Assembly (NCBI GenBank): GCA_027593235.1
Contig: JAQCIU010000002.1
Location: forward strand, 82,567 to 146,566
Direction of reading: 5' to 3'
DNA length: 64,000 nt
DNA from: Chloroflexota bacterium
GTDB taxonomy: Bacteria > Chloroflexota > Dehalococcoidia > UBA2979
Each line of letters opens with the position of its first letter. Positions within the stretch are counted from its first letter, which is position 1. This document shows positions 33,423 through 42,823 of the stretch, piece after piece. Position numbers and translations under genes: made by a program. Under the pieces are notes generated by a model. The model did not search any database. It was given only the letters and a program-made list of their open reading frames with translations, and was not told where the DNA came from.

Positions 33423-35357
33423 ATGGCGGCGAACGACGCGCGGTCTCGTCCGTACTTCGCACGGGAACGTGCTGCGCTCCCCGAATTCCTCGGTGGTCAG
33501 CGCCCCGCTCCGGAATCACGCGCGCGACAGACGCTGATCCGAGGGATGGCGTTGCTGACGCTGCTCGTCACGTTCTCGTACCTCACCTGGCGCATCAATT
33601 CGACCGTCGACCTCAGCGTGTGGTGGGTCTCAATCCCACTGCTGTTCGCAGAGATCCACAGCGCGATCGGGATGGTGCTGTACACAGTGAGCTTGTGGGA
33701 CCTCGATGGCGGCCCGGCCTGGCGCGCCGTCGAGGAACCGCCCGGGCGTGTGGCGGTGCTGCTGCCGACCTACCAGGAACCGGTCGAGGTGCTGTTGCCC
33801 TCGATCGCCGCGGCGGTCGCGATGCCCGTCCTGCACGAGACCTGGGTCCTCGACGACGGCAATCGTCCCGAGGTGAAGCAGCTCGCCGAGGATCTGGGCG
33901 CGCGCTATATCGCACGTCCCGAGCACGTCCACGCCAAGGCGGGCAACCTCAACTACGCGATCGAGCGCATCCCGGCGGACTTCTACGCGTTCTTCGACGC
34001 GGATCACGTCGCGCAGCCGGACTTCCTGCGGCACACGCTCGCCTACTTCGATGATCCGCAGGTCTCGATGGTCCAGACGCCACAGGACTTCTACAACCTC
34101 GAGTCGTTCGAGCACCAGGGTGTGACGCAGTCGGATCGTCGTCCGTACAACGAGGAGTCGGTCTTCTACCGCGTGATCGCGCCTGGCAAGAACCGCTGGC
34201 AGGCGGCGTTCTGGTGTGGCACCGGTGCGGTGCTCCGCGCGACCGCCCTGCGCGAAGTGGGGCTGGTGGCGACGGATTCCGTCACCGAGGACATCCAGAC
34301 GACGCTGCGGATGAACGCGCTTGGCTGGAAAGCGGTCTACCACAACGAGGTGTTGGCTCGCGGTCTGGCTCCGAATAACGCATCGCAGTACATGCTGCAG
34401 CGCCACCGCTGGGCAATCGGCGCGATGCAGGTGCTCCGCCAGGAGCGTCCGCTGACCGCACCGGGAATGACGCTCGCTCAGCGAGTGGCGTTCGCGACCA
34501 CGCTGATGGGCTGGTTCGATTCCTGGCGCACCCTCGCGTTTATCGTGATCCCGATCGCGGTCGTGTTTACGGGCGCATCGCCGATCGCGGCCGAGGGTTG
34601 GGTCTACGGGCCGGCGTTCCTCACCACGTTCCTGCTGCAGTTCGTTACGCTGCGCCTGTTGGCGCGGGGCTACTACCCCCCGATCGCTTCGCTGATGTTC
34701 GAGATGTTGCGGCTGCCGGCCGTGCTGCCAGCCACGCTGGCGCTGATCACCGGCGGCCGAGGCGTGCGGTTCATGCCGACGCCGAAGGGTGCATCCGCGA
34801 CGCGGGCGCGCACGCCGGTTCCGATGCTCCATCGCGTGCTGCTGGCCGGCTGCGCGCTCGGCATCGGTTGGTACCCGGCGACCGCGCTCGGCTGGACGCC
34901 AGTGAGCTACGCGGAGCTGCCGGCGGCGACGGGTGCGCTCTTCTTCCTGGGGATGAACACGGCGCTGCTGTTAATGGCGGTCCGACGAATCCGCGATCCG
35001 CGGTTCGCCGGAAACCGTCGGGCCTCGGTGCGCTTCTCGGTGCGGCTGTTCGGGGCCTACGGCGGGCTGCGCTGCGAGATCGAAGACCTGTCGCCGACAG
35101 GGGCACAGGCACTGCTGATGGACGCTGCCACCGCCGTGATCGCGCATGAGGCTGAGCTGGACGTCGTGCTTCCAGACGGTGCGGTGGCCCGCGTGACCTG
35201 CACCGTCAAGCGCCGTATTCAGCGCGCCGACGGCATCGAGCTGGGCCTTGAGTTCGACCCAACGCAGCGGTCGGCCGCCGCCGTGCTGGCGCTGTCGCTG
35301 CTACACCGCCGACAGACGGGCCAGGAGCTGGGCGTCGCGTTCCCGACGGCTGCCTAG
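33423..35357 (+). CDS. BcsA-like family 2 glycosyltransferase with C-terminal PilZ domain (c-di-GMP-dependent polysaccharide synthase)
   Basis: VLLPTYQEP, VLDDGNR, FFDADHV, QTPQDF, TEDIQT, QRHRW (QxxRW). Multiple TM segments. PilZ motifs RRASVR (RRxxxR) and DLSPTG (DxSxxG). Start is ATG 33423 or TTG 33357. Confidence 0.85.
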   Translation: MAANDARSRPYFARERAALPEFLGGQRPAPESRARQTLIRGMALLTLLVTFSYLTWRINSTVDLSVWWVSIPLLFAEIHSAIGMVLYTVSLWDLDGGPAWRAVEEPPGRVAVLLPTYQEPVEVLLPSIAAAVAMPVLHETWVLDDGNRPEVKQLAEDLGARYIARPEHVHAKAGNLNYAIERIPADFYAFFDADHVAQPDFLRHTLAYFDDPQVSMVQTPQDFYNLESFEHQGVTQSDRRPYNEESVFYRVIAPGKNRWQAAFWCGTGAVLRATALREVGLVATDSVTEDIQTTLRMNALGWKAVYHNEVLARGLAPNNASQYMLQRHRWAIGAMQVLRQERPLTAPGMTLAQRVAFATTLMGWFDSWRTLAFIVIPIAVVFTGASPIAAEGWVYGPAFLTTFLLQFVTLRLLARGYYPPIASLMFEMLRLPAVLPATLALITGGRGVRFMPTPKGASATRARTPVPMLHRVLLAGCALGIGWYPATALGWTPVSYAELPAATGALFFLGMNTALLLMAVRRIRDPRFAGNRRASVRFSVRLFGAYGGLRCEIEDLSPTGAQALLMDAATAVIAHEAELDVVLPDGAVARVTCTVKRRIQRADGIELGLEFDPTQRSAAAVLALSLLHRRQTGQELGVAFPTAA

Positions 35358-35397
35358 CCGCCGTCCTAACTTCGGCCGGCAGCCGGGGGTTTGCGCC

Positions 35398-36234
35398 CTA
35401 GTAGCGACCCTCGGCGAGGTTGATGCGCCGCGGGTCGAGGTAGCGCAGCATCCGCAGCTCCTCCTCCGAGGGCGCCTCGATAGTTTCGAGGTCCTCCGCC
35501 ACCAGTAACGGCCAGGGGAGGATCGCATCGATGACATCGGGCTCGATGCCAGGGAAGAGCTTGCGCAGCCGAAGCTGGCAACTCCCGGTGGCACCTCGAT
35601 CGTCGGTGTCGAAGTCGAAGACGCCCATTGTCGTGACGACGAGGTTCGGCCCCTGCGGATCGAGGCCGGCGGCCGCGCGGGCGCCGGGGCCAGAGATGTA
35701 GCCGGGGCTGGTGAGGAACGAGACGCGCTCGGGGAACCGCCGCGGCTCGAGTGACATCACGGTCAGCACCCGCGGGGCGAGACAGGCCGCGTCCGTGTTG
35801 CCGCCAGTTCCTCGGAAGCGGGTCTCGGGGTGGAAGCGGTCGTCACCGATCATCAGCGCGTTGAGGTTGCCGTAGCGGTCGATCTGAGCGCCGCCCAAGA
35901 TCGCGAGGTCGACACGACCGCCCATCAGGAGCGAGCAGAGAGTGTCGACCATGTCGCCGACGTAGGCGGCGCCACGGTTGAGGATCGGGTCGGCGATGCC
36001 GTTCGGGGCGTGATCGACCTCCGAGGCGGGCGGGTCCCAGTCCATCACGCCAACCTCGGTGCAGTAGATCAGCGCCGGGTCGTGGTGGAGCTTCGCGAGC
36101 GTGGTGGTGAAGACCGGAAGCCCGAGACCGACGAAAGCGACGCCCGCCCCTGCCGTCTCGCGCGCGGCCTGGATGCACATCAGCTCGACGAGGGAGTAGT
36201 CGGTCGCGCGCGGACTCGGGTGCGTGCTGGTCAC
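35398..36234 (-). CDS. Family I CoA-transferase, subunit B (glutaconate/3-oxoacid CoA-transferase type)
   Basis: GTG 36234 overlaps the subunit A stop (GTGA). DYSLVELMCIQAARE...VGLGLP...ALIYCTEVGV... The 515-aa ORF-track entry is a run-on. Confidence 0.7.
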   Translation of the reverse strand: MTSTHPSPRATDYSLVELMCIQAARETAGAGVAFVGLGLPVFTTTLAKLHHDPALIYCTEVGVMDWDPPASEVDHAPNGIADPILNRGAAYVGDMVDTLCSLLMGGRVDLAILGGAQIDRYGNLNALMIGDDRFHPETRFRGTGGNTDAACLAPRVLTVMSLEPRRFPERVSFLTSPGYISGPGARAAAGLDPQGPNLVVTTMGVFDFDTDDRGATGSCQLRLRKLFPGIEPDVIDAILPWPLLVAEDLETIEAPSEEELRMLRYLDPRRINLAEGRY

Positions 36235-37214
36235 TGCTGCGCCTTCCAGCCGTAGCGGATGTTTCGCTGCGGCTCCCAGGTCCGGTCCATGCGCAGGCCC
36301 TCGAGGGCCTGCGCGCCGTAGACCTCGGCGTGACGGGCGAGGAATCCGGCGTGGTCCTCGACGCCGTCGACCCAGCGGTCGATGAACTCGCGGACGCCTT
36401 GCTCCGTGCGCATCTTCAACAGGTAGTCGGCCTGCATCGGGCCGTGCGCGGTGTAGTAGCCGGGGAGGCCCCACGGGGCGGCGCCGAAGGGGAGGTGGAC
36501 GACGGCGTTCACCATCAGGCCCGGGACGGTCGTACGGCCGGGATCGGAGCGAAGCACGCCGCGGGGGACGATCTCCTCGGCGGAGATGATGATCTTCTTC
36601 GAGGCCCAGAGGCCCCAGCGCACCTCGCCGTCGCCGCCCCAGAACGCGGCGTTGCCGTCCTCGTCGGCCCACTGCACGTGGATGCAACTCACGTCGGGCC
36701 GCACTGCCGGCAGCGCGACCACCGGCTCGCCGCCGAAGGGCGAATCGATCACCTTGAGCTTGTCTTCGCCGAGGAAGCCGCCCGGCTGCGGATAGAAGTC
36801 CTCGCGCAGGTAGTCGGTACCCAGGAATGAGCGGGTCGGGATGAACGGGATCCCCAGCGCGCCCGCCATGAACATCATGGCGACGGTCTGGTTCGTGTAG
36901 TCCTCGATCTGGAATTCGCCGGCGTGGTAGCGCTCCATGAACCACGGCGAGCCGGCGCCGAGGGCGTAGGCGGTGATCAGCTTGTTGGCGCAGCCAGCGA
37001 GCGGGAGCAGCAGCGATCCGACAGTTGCGATCGCCGTGAGGTCCCGCTTCCGCTGGCGGGCGATCTCGCGCTCGAAGGCGCCCGCCCAGCTCGTGTAGCC
37101 AAGGAAGACGCTGTCGCGATCCTCGACGAAGCGCGCGACCGCATCGTGCGCCGACATCAGCTTCGAGGGCCGCGCCGACTTGTCCGGGAGCGGGGGGAGT
37201 GTCACCTCGGTCAT
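36231..37214 (-). CDS. Family I CoA-transferase, subunit A
   Basis: 327 aa; KLMSAHDAVARFVEDRDSVFLG...MFMAGALGIPFIPT is the typical A-subunit layout. It forms an operon with the upstream crotonase and downstream subunit B. Confidence 0.7.
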   Translation of the reverse strand: MTEVTLPPLPDKSARPSKLMSAHDAVARFVEDRDSVFLGYTSWAGAFEREIARQRKRDLTAIATVGSLLLPLAGCANKLITAYALGAGSPWFMERYHAGEFQIEDYTNQTVAMMFMAGALGIPFIPTRSFLGTDYLREDFYPQPGGFLGEDKLKVIDSPFGGEPVVALPAVRPDVSCIHVQWADEDGNAAFWGGDGEVRWGLWASKKIIISAEEIVPRGVLRSDPGRTTVPGLMVNAVVHLPFGAAPWGLPGYYTAHGPMQADYLLKMRTEQGVREFIDRWVDGVEDHAGFLARHAEVYGAQALEGLRMDRTWEPQRNIRYGWKAQQ

Positions 37215-37220
37215 TGGCGG

Positions 37221-38018
37221 CTATGCCCGTCCGGGAGGGGGTGCGTCGCCGCGATCGAAACCGCGACCGATCATCAGCAGGTCCGGGTCACTCCAGGTCA
37301 CCTGCTGCGGGACCATCATCTGGGCGAGCGCGGTGGTGGCGGCCTTGGTCGCGGCGATCGAGTACGGGTCCATCGCGAGCAGGCGGTCGGCGGTGGTGAG
37401 CACCCGCGACATCAGTTCGCCGTCCTCGACGACGTGGTTCACGAAGCCCCAGCGCTCGGCGTCTTCGGCGCTGAAGCGATCGCAGAGCATCACCATTTCC
37501 TTGGTGCGGGCGGGGCCGATCTCGCGCATCAATCGCGGCAGCGCGTTCCACGTAAGCGGGATGTCCAGCTCCACCTCGGGGATCGAAAACCAGGCCGATC
37601 GTGCCGCAAAGCGGAGATCGAGGCAGCTCGCGAAGACGACCGCGCCGCCGACGGTAAGGCCGTTGATCGCGCCGATCGTGACCTGCGGCAGGTTCTCGAG
37701 GGCGGCCGAGCTGCGATTGCCCATGGTGCTGGCAATGCGCGCGGCGGCCGCCTCCGCGACGGGGGTGCGGGTGCCGACGGCGCGTCGTGCCTCGCCGATG
37801 TTTGGCGCACTGCCGAGGTCCGCTCCGGCGGAGAAGGCGCGGCCGTTGCCGGTGAGGACCACCACGCGGGCATCGCCATCGGTCGTGAGCTGGTGGCAGA
37901 GGTCCTGCAGCTCCTGGTGCATCTGGTTGTTGATCGCGTTGAGCTTCTCGGGCCGGTTAAGCCGGATGATCACGAGGCCGGGGCGATCATCAGGTCGTTC
38001 GACCGCGAGCGTGTCCAT
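37221..38018 (-). CDS. Enoyl-CoA hydratase/isomerase (crotonase) family protein
   Basis: IIRLNRPEKLNAINNQM...VVVLTGNGRAFSAGADL...INGLTVGGA. Confidence 0.85.
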   Translation of the reverse strand: MDTLAVERPDDRPGLVIIRLNRPEKLNAINNQMHQELQDLCHQLTTDGDARVVVLTGNGRAFSAGADLGSAPNIGEARRAVGTRTPVAEAAAARIASTMGNRSSAALENLPQVTIGAINGLTVGGAVVFASCLDLRFAARSAWFSIPEVELDIPLTWNALPRLMREIGPARTKEMVMLCDRFSAEDAERWGFVNHVVEDGELMSRVLTTADRLLAMDPYSIAATKAATTALAQMMVPQQVTWSDPDLLMIGRGFDRGDAPPPGRA

Positions 38019-38089
38019 GGCGTGTCCTCCCGCCGCCGTGGGGGCGACGGGCGAACTATACCGAGCGCCGCGCGGATGGTCGGCGAGCG

Positions 38090-38563
38090 CTAGCTGATCG
38101 GCCCGACGATGTGCGGATCGGGGCCCGGGTCGCGCCCTTCGGCGCGCACCGCCAGCCGCTCGATGTAGTGGAGCCAGCCGAAGCGGGTCTGCTCCTCCAG
38201 TTCGGGGATCTCGATGCGGTGCGTCAGGCGCAGGCGTGTGCCGCTGCCCTCGGGTGTCAGTTCGACCTCGACGGTGCTCGCGCCCGGCGGCACCGGGTAG
38301 GGCGCGTCGTCGCCGCCTTCCCAGCCCCAGGTGAAGACGAGCCGGCGGGGGGCGATCACCTCGATGAACTCGCCGGAGATCCAGCCATCACCTCGGATGT
38401 CGATGCGGAAGGCGCCGCCGGGATGCGCCTCGATGGTCGCGTCCACACCCTGCCAGCTCAGCCACGCTTCGCGGGTGTGGAACAGAGCGAAGACGGTCTC
38501 CGGGCGGGCCTCGATATATCGCTCGACGACGGCGGCGCCGTCCTCGCTCCGTGCACTGGTCAT
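38090..38563 (-). CDS. SRPBCC / AHSA1-like domain protein
   Basis: 157 aa; VERYIEARPETVFALFHTREAWLSW...RLVFTWGWE. The start overlaps the arsR-type gene stop (ATGA). Confidence 0.7.
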   Translation of the reverse strand: MTSARSEDGAAVVERYIEARPETVFALFHTREAWLSWQGVDATIEAHPGGAFRIDIRGDGWISGEFIEVIAPRRLVFTWGWEGGDDAPYPVPPGASTVEVELTPEGSGTRLRLTHRIEIPELEEQTRFGWLHYIERLAVRAEGRDPGPDPHIVGPIS

Positions 38564-38886
38564 CAGCGTTGCTCCGGCGGCTGATCGCTGTGGCGTTCGG
38601 CGAGCTCGGCGATGCGGGCGAGCCGCTCGATGTCATCGGTCCACATCGACTGCAGGGCGCCCGTGATCTCGGCCAGCCGCTGGCGGTTGGTGCGGTAGAG
38701 GCGGCTGCGGCCGTCGCGGCGGACCTCGACGACCCCGATCTCAAGCAGGCGCGCGAGGTGCTGCGAGACTGCGGAGAAGGACACGCCGACCTGCGCGGCG
38801 ATGTCGCCGGCGGCCAGTTCGGCATCGCCGAGGATGCTCAGGATTTCGCGACGACGAGGTTCGGTGACGGTCTGCAGGGGGTCCAT
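38563..38886 (-). CDS. ArsR/SmtB family transcriptional regulator
   Basis: PRRREILSILGDAELAAGDIAAQVGVSFSAVSQHLARLLEIGVVEVRRDGRSRLY (winged HTH). Confidence 0.85.
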   Translation of the reverse strand: MDPLQTVTEPRRREILSILGDAELAAGDIAAQVGVSFSAVSQHLARLLEIGVVEVRRDGRSRLYRTNRQRLAEITGALQSMWTDDIERLARIAELAERHSDQPPEQR

Positions 38887-38890
38887 GCGG

Positions 38891-38953
38891 ACATTTTAGT
38901 CACGGTTGAAATGAATCCGCCAGTCACATACTCTTCAGTCATCACTAAAATGT
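38891..38953. promoter_or_regulatory. Inverted repeat ACATTTTAGT ... ACTAAAATGT, candidate ArsR-type operator
   Basis: 10-bp perfect arms at 38891-38900 and 38944-38953. AGTCA(C/T) recurs three times between them. It lies in the AT-rich 81-bp divergent gap between the arsR-type gene and the second SRPBCC gene. Confidence 0.45.
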
Positions 38954-38967
38954 TGTGTCATGAGGGG

Positions 38968-39408
38968 ATGGTTGAGATGGCAGGGGAGATCTTGTTCACG
39001 GTGGACGTGAATGCGGAGCCGGTCGCGGTCCTTCGCGCGCTGACCAGCGTGCAGGGCATCCGGTCGTGGTGGACCGATCGCTGCGATGGCGACGGAGCGG
39101 CAGGCGGCACGATCAAGCCGGCGTTACCGGTGGCGCCGATGCCGTTCGAGCTGCACGTCGACGGCGCGACAGACTCGAGTGTGCGTTGGACCTCGACGGG
39201 TGGGTTTCCGCCACACTGGGCCGGATCGCAGGTGAGCTGGGACGTGGTGGCCAATCCGGATGGGCCTGGCGTGCTGGTGAACTTCAAGCACGCGGGCTTC
39301 CCGAGTGACGACGGGATCGGCATGGTCGCCTACACCTGGGGTCAGCTCATGACCTCGCTCAAGGCGTACGCGGAATCAGGCTCCGCCGCGCCGCTCTTCA
39401 AGCACTAG
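38968..39408 (+). CDS. SRPBCC-fold protein (second copy, divergent from arsR)
   Basis: ATG 38968 preceded by GAGGGG (alternative ATGs at 38950 and 38977). ...AEPVAVLRALTSVQGIRSWWTD...VNFKHAGF...YTWGQLMTSLKAYAE. Confidence 0.6.
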   Translation: MVEMAGEILFTVDVNAEPVAVLRALTSVQGIRSWWTDRCDGDGAAGGTIKPALPVAPMPFELHVDGATDSSVRWTSTGGFPPHWAGSQVSWDVVANPDGPGVLVNFKHAGFPSDDGIGMVAYTWGQLMTSLKAYAESGSAAPLFKH

Positions 39409-39478
39409 CGACGCGTTGCGTCGCCCCCGTTGCGTTGCCGGCGTCGCTAGGATGGCGCCGGTAGCGCGAGGGGGCGTG

Positions 39479-40390
39479 ATGGAGATTCGAAACGACGCGG
39501 GCGTCAGCAAGCTGTTGGCCTCGACGGAGGAGACGCGGCTCTGCACCGGGTTCGGATTCACCGAGGGCCCGATCTGGATCGCGGCCGACAACTGCCTGCT
39601 GTTCAGCGACATCCCGGGCAACCGGATGCACCGCTGGCGCCCCGGGAGCGACATCGCCGAGGTCTATCGCGAGCCGAGCGGCCACGCGAACGGGCACACC
39701 CTCGACGCGTCGGGACGCCTCGTCAGCTGCGAGCACTCGGGGCGGCGGGTGTCGCGAGCGGGCTACAACGCGGCGGCGGAGACGCTGGTCGCGCAGTACG
39801 ACGGGAAGACGTTCAACAGCCCGAACGACGTCGTGGTGCACAGCTCCGGCGCCATCTACTTCACCGATCCGACCTACGGCCTGCAGCCGGCGCGGCCCGG
39901 CCGCGAACCGTTTGGCGTGCCCGGCGCGCAGCAGGAGATCGACTTCCAGGGTGTCTACCGGATCGATCCCGACGGTGCGTTGACGCTGCTGGTCGACGAT
40001 TTCAATCAGCCGAACGGCCTCGCCTTCACTCCCGACGAATCCGTCCTGTACATCGGCGACTCCGGCGACAAGACGATCCGTCGCTTCGATGTTGCCGCCG
40101 ACGGCTCGATCAGCGGTGGTGAGCTATTCGTCGACATGCGTCCGGTCGATCTGGTGGGCGTCCCTGACGGGATGAAGGTCGACGCGGATGGCCGTCTCTG
40201 GACCACCGGCGCCGGCGGCGTCTGGGTGATCGAGGCCGATGGCACCGTCCTCGGCACCTTCGAGACCGCCGAACACGCGGCCAACCTCACCTTCGGCGGG
40301 CCGAACTTCTCGTCCCTCTTCCTGACCGCGCAGACCAGCGTCTATCGCGTGGAGACGAACGTTCGAGGCATCGTCCCCGAATCCCGCTGA
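39479..40390 (+). CDS. SMP-30/gluconolactonase/LRE family beta-propeller protein
   Basis: ATG 39479 preceded by GAGGGGG. TEGPIWI, FNSPNDVVVHSSGAIYFTDP, PNGLAFTPDE, PDGMKVDADGRLW. Confidence 0.8.
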   Translation: MEIRNDAGVSKLLASTEETRLCTGFGFTEGPIWIAADNCLLFSDIPGNRMHRWRPGSDIAEVYREPSGHANGHTLDASGRLVSCEHSGRRVSRAGYNAAAETLVAQYDGKTFNSPNDVVVHSSGAIYFTDPTYGLQPARPGREPFGVPGAQQEIDFQGVYRIDPDGALTLLVDDFNQPNGLAFTPDESVLYIGDSGDKTIRRFDVAADGSISGGELFVDMRPVDLVGVPDGMKVDADGRLWTTGAGGVWVIEADGTVLGTFETAEHAANLTFGGPNFSSLFLTAQTSVYRVETNVRGIVPESR

Positions 40391-41766
40391 TGGCGGTCGA
40401 CGCCGCGTTTCGGCAGGGGCTGCGCGCGCGCGTCGAGGAGGCGATGGCACGCCTCGCCGTACCCGGGGTGGTGGTCGGCATCCTCGAGGGCGGTCGCGAG
40501 ACGGTCGAGTGCTTCGGCGCGACAAGCATCGAACACCCGCTCGCGGTCGACGAGCACACGCTCTTCCAGATCGGTTCCACGACCAAGACCTTCACCGCGA
40601 CGCTGCTGATGCAGGATCTGGAAGCGGGACGGCTGGACCTCGATCTGCCGATTCGCCGCTACCTCCCGGAGCTGCGGCTCCAGCGCGAGGAGTGGAGCGA
40701 CACGCTGACGACGCGCCAGTTGCTGACCCACACGGGCGGCTTCGACGGTGACTGGTTCCTCGTCCATCCGCGACCGGTCGACGACCGATTGGCCTCGACG
40801 GTCAGCACGCTCGCTGATGCTCCCTGTGACACCCCACCCGGTGCGGCCTACGCCTATTCGAACGCCGGCTTCGCCGTCCTCGGGCGGCTCGCCGAGGTGC
40901 TCGCCGGCGATCGACTGTCCTACGAGGAGTTGGTCGCCCAGCGGATCTTCGAGCCGCTCGGCCTGACGCACTCCGTGATTCGCCCGCACGACGTGCTGCT
41001 ACACCGCTTCGTCGCGGGACACCTCGTGCGTGACGGCCAGATCGAGGTCGCGCGGCCCTGGCATCTCGCTCGCAGCGCGGCCGCGCACGGGGCGATTGCG
41101 TCGAATGTCCTCGATCAGTTGCGCTGGCTGCGGTTCCAGCTTGGGGACGGGACCGGTACGGACGCGGTTGGGCAGACGTCGCGGGTGCTCGGCGAGGCGA
41201 CGCTGCGCTCGATGCAGACGCGCCAGGTCGACGGCGGTAGCAACTGCGAGGGCATCGGCTTCGCCTGGATGCGTGAGTTGCCCGGCGACACCGAGGTCTG
41301 GCGTCACGGCGGCGAGACCAACGGGCACATGTGCGGGTTCAAGTTCGTGCCGGCGCGCGACTTTGGCATCGTCGTGATGACGAACTCGTCGAGCGGGATC
41401 CGGCTGCACGAGGACCTGATCGAGTGGGTCTTCGACGAGTTGCTGGATCTGCGCCCCGTTGAACCGGCGATCGTGCCGGCGCCCGAGCTGGCGCCGATCC
41501 TCGGTCGCTACGGCGGGTCGCTGCGCGATCTGGTGCTGACGCAGCGAGACGGCGAGCTGTGGGTGGAGCTACAGATTCACCAGCGCGACGGGCGACCGAA
41601 GCCGCTGGTCACGCCGCCGACGCGCGGCGAGTTCGTCTCGCCCTCGACGTTCGTCACGCGTGGTCCGCTCCTCGGGGAGGGCAACATCCTCGCGCAGGCG
41701 GGCACCGAGGTCGGGCCGTTCGTCCGTTGGGACGGACGCATGCTGCGGAGGATCGGCGACGCGTAG
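40390..41766 (+). CDS. Serine hydrolase, beta-lactamase (class C/esterase) family
   Basis: FQIGSTTKTFTATLL (SxxK), YSNAGF (YxN-type). 458 aa. The ATG overlaps the preceding stop (ATGA). Confidence 0.8.
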   Translation: MAVDAAFRQGLRARVEEAMARLAVPGVVVGILEGGRETVECFGATSIEHPLAVDEHTLFQIGSTTKTFTATLLMQDLEAGRLDLDLPIRRYLPELRLQREEWSDTLTTRQLLTHTGGFDGDWFLVHPRPVDDRLASTVSTLADAPCDTPPGAAYAYSNAGFAVLGRLAEVLAGDRLSYEELVAQRIFEPLGLTHSVIRPHDVLLHRFVAGHLVRDGQIEVARPWHLARSAAAHGAIASNVLDQLRWLRFQLGDGTGTDAVGQTSRVLGEATLRSMQTRQVDGGSNCEGIGFAWMRELPGDTEVWRHGGETNGHMCGFKFVPARDFGIVVMTNSSSGIRLHEDLIEWVFDELLDLRPVEPAIVPAPELAPILGRYGGSLRDLVLTQRDGELWVELQIHQRDGRPKPLVTPPTRGEFVSPSTFVTRGPLLGEGNILAQAGTEVGPFVRWDGRMLRRIGDA

Positions 41767-41811
41767 CTGCCGCTTCACCTCGATGGTGGGCAGCCCTCGG
41801 AGGTCGCGCGG

Positions 41812-42810
41812 CTAGCGGCCGCGGAGCCGCGGATCGAGCTCGTCGCGGAGGGCGTCGCCAGCGAGGTTGAAGGCAAGCACGGCGATGGTGATCGCGGTGC
41901 CGGAGAAGACGGCTTCCCACGGGTTCAGGTCCAGCGCGTTTCGCCCGGAGTTCACCATCTTTCCCCAGGTCGTCTTGTCGGCCGGGCCGAGACCGAGGAA
42001 CGAGAGCGACGCCTCAGCGAGAACGTACACCCCGATCGAGATCGAGAAGATGACGACGACCGGCGCCATGATGTTGGGGAGGACGTGGCGGAACATAATC
42101 CGGCGGTTGCTCGCCCCGTAGGACGCCGCTGCTTCGACGAAGGTGCTCGCGGAAACGGCGAGCACGGCGGATCGCACAATCCTCGTTGAAGCCGACCATC
42201 CGAGGAGCCCGAGCGCGAAGACCGTGATCGCGAGGTTTGGCTGGTCCATCACCGAGACGAGCAGCAGCAGCAGCACGAGCCCGGGGAACGCCTGCATCGC
42301 GTCGACGAGCCGCTGCACGATCAGGTCGACGCGCCCGCCGAAGTAGCGGGAGACGAGCCCGGTGACCGTCCCGCTCAGCACCGAGATCAGCGATGCGCCG
42401 ATCCCGATGATCACCGCCAGCCGGGTGCCGACGATGATCCGCGCGTAGATATCCCGCCCGAACTGGTCGGTTCCGAGCCAGTGTGCCCCGCTCCCCGGCG
42501 ACTCCCAGCGGTTGAGCGTGAAGGGCGCGCTGAGGTTCGGATTGCGGGCGATGTCGAGGGGGTTGGCCGTCGGGTTGAACTCCGGATTCTCCGTCTGAAA
42601 CGCCACGTTCTCGTCGTAACGCTGAAGGATTGGGGAGAAGAGGGCGATCAGCAGGATGAGCATCATCAGCACGAAGCCGAACGCGCCCAGTTTGTTCCGG
42701 CGAGCGATCGCGCCGAGCCGCTGGAGGCGCGATCGCCCCTGGCGGCGCTGTACCTCGGGCAACAGCACGCCCTCGGCGATACGCCCGGCTACGTCGTCGA
42801 GTTGAGCCAC
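41812..42810 (-). CDS. ABC transporter permease (DppC/OppC type)
   Basis: N-terminal FGFVLMMLILLIALFSP, then HWLGTDQFGRDIYARI and the typical six-TM binding-protein-dependent permease layout. Confidence 0.85.
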   Translation of the reverse strand: MAQLDDVAGRIAEGVLLPEVQRRQGRSRLQRLGAIARRNKLGAFGFVLMMLILLIALFSPILQRYDENVAFQTENPEFNPTANPLDIARNPNLSAPFTLNRWESPGSGAHWLGTDQFGRDIYARIIVGTRLAVIIGIGASLISVLSGTVTGLVSRYFGGRVDLIVQRLVDAMQAFPGLVLLLLLVSVMDQPNLAITVFALGLLGWSASTRIVRSAVLAVSASTFVEAAASYGASNRRIMFRHVLPNIMAPVVVIFSISIGVYVLAEASLSFLGLGPADKTTWGKMVNSGRNALDLNPWEAVFSGTAITIAVLAFNLAGDALRDELDPRLRGR

Positions 42811-42823
42811 GGACGCCCCTGTC

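Noticed and set aside
41767-41811. 6-bp stem (gctgcc...ggcagc) between the convergent hydrolase and permease genes, considered as a bidirectional terminator.
   Set aside because: The stem is short, the loop is long (17 nt) and there is no U-tract. This is not enough support.
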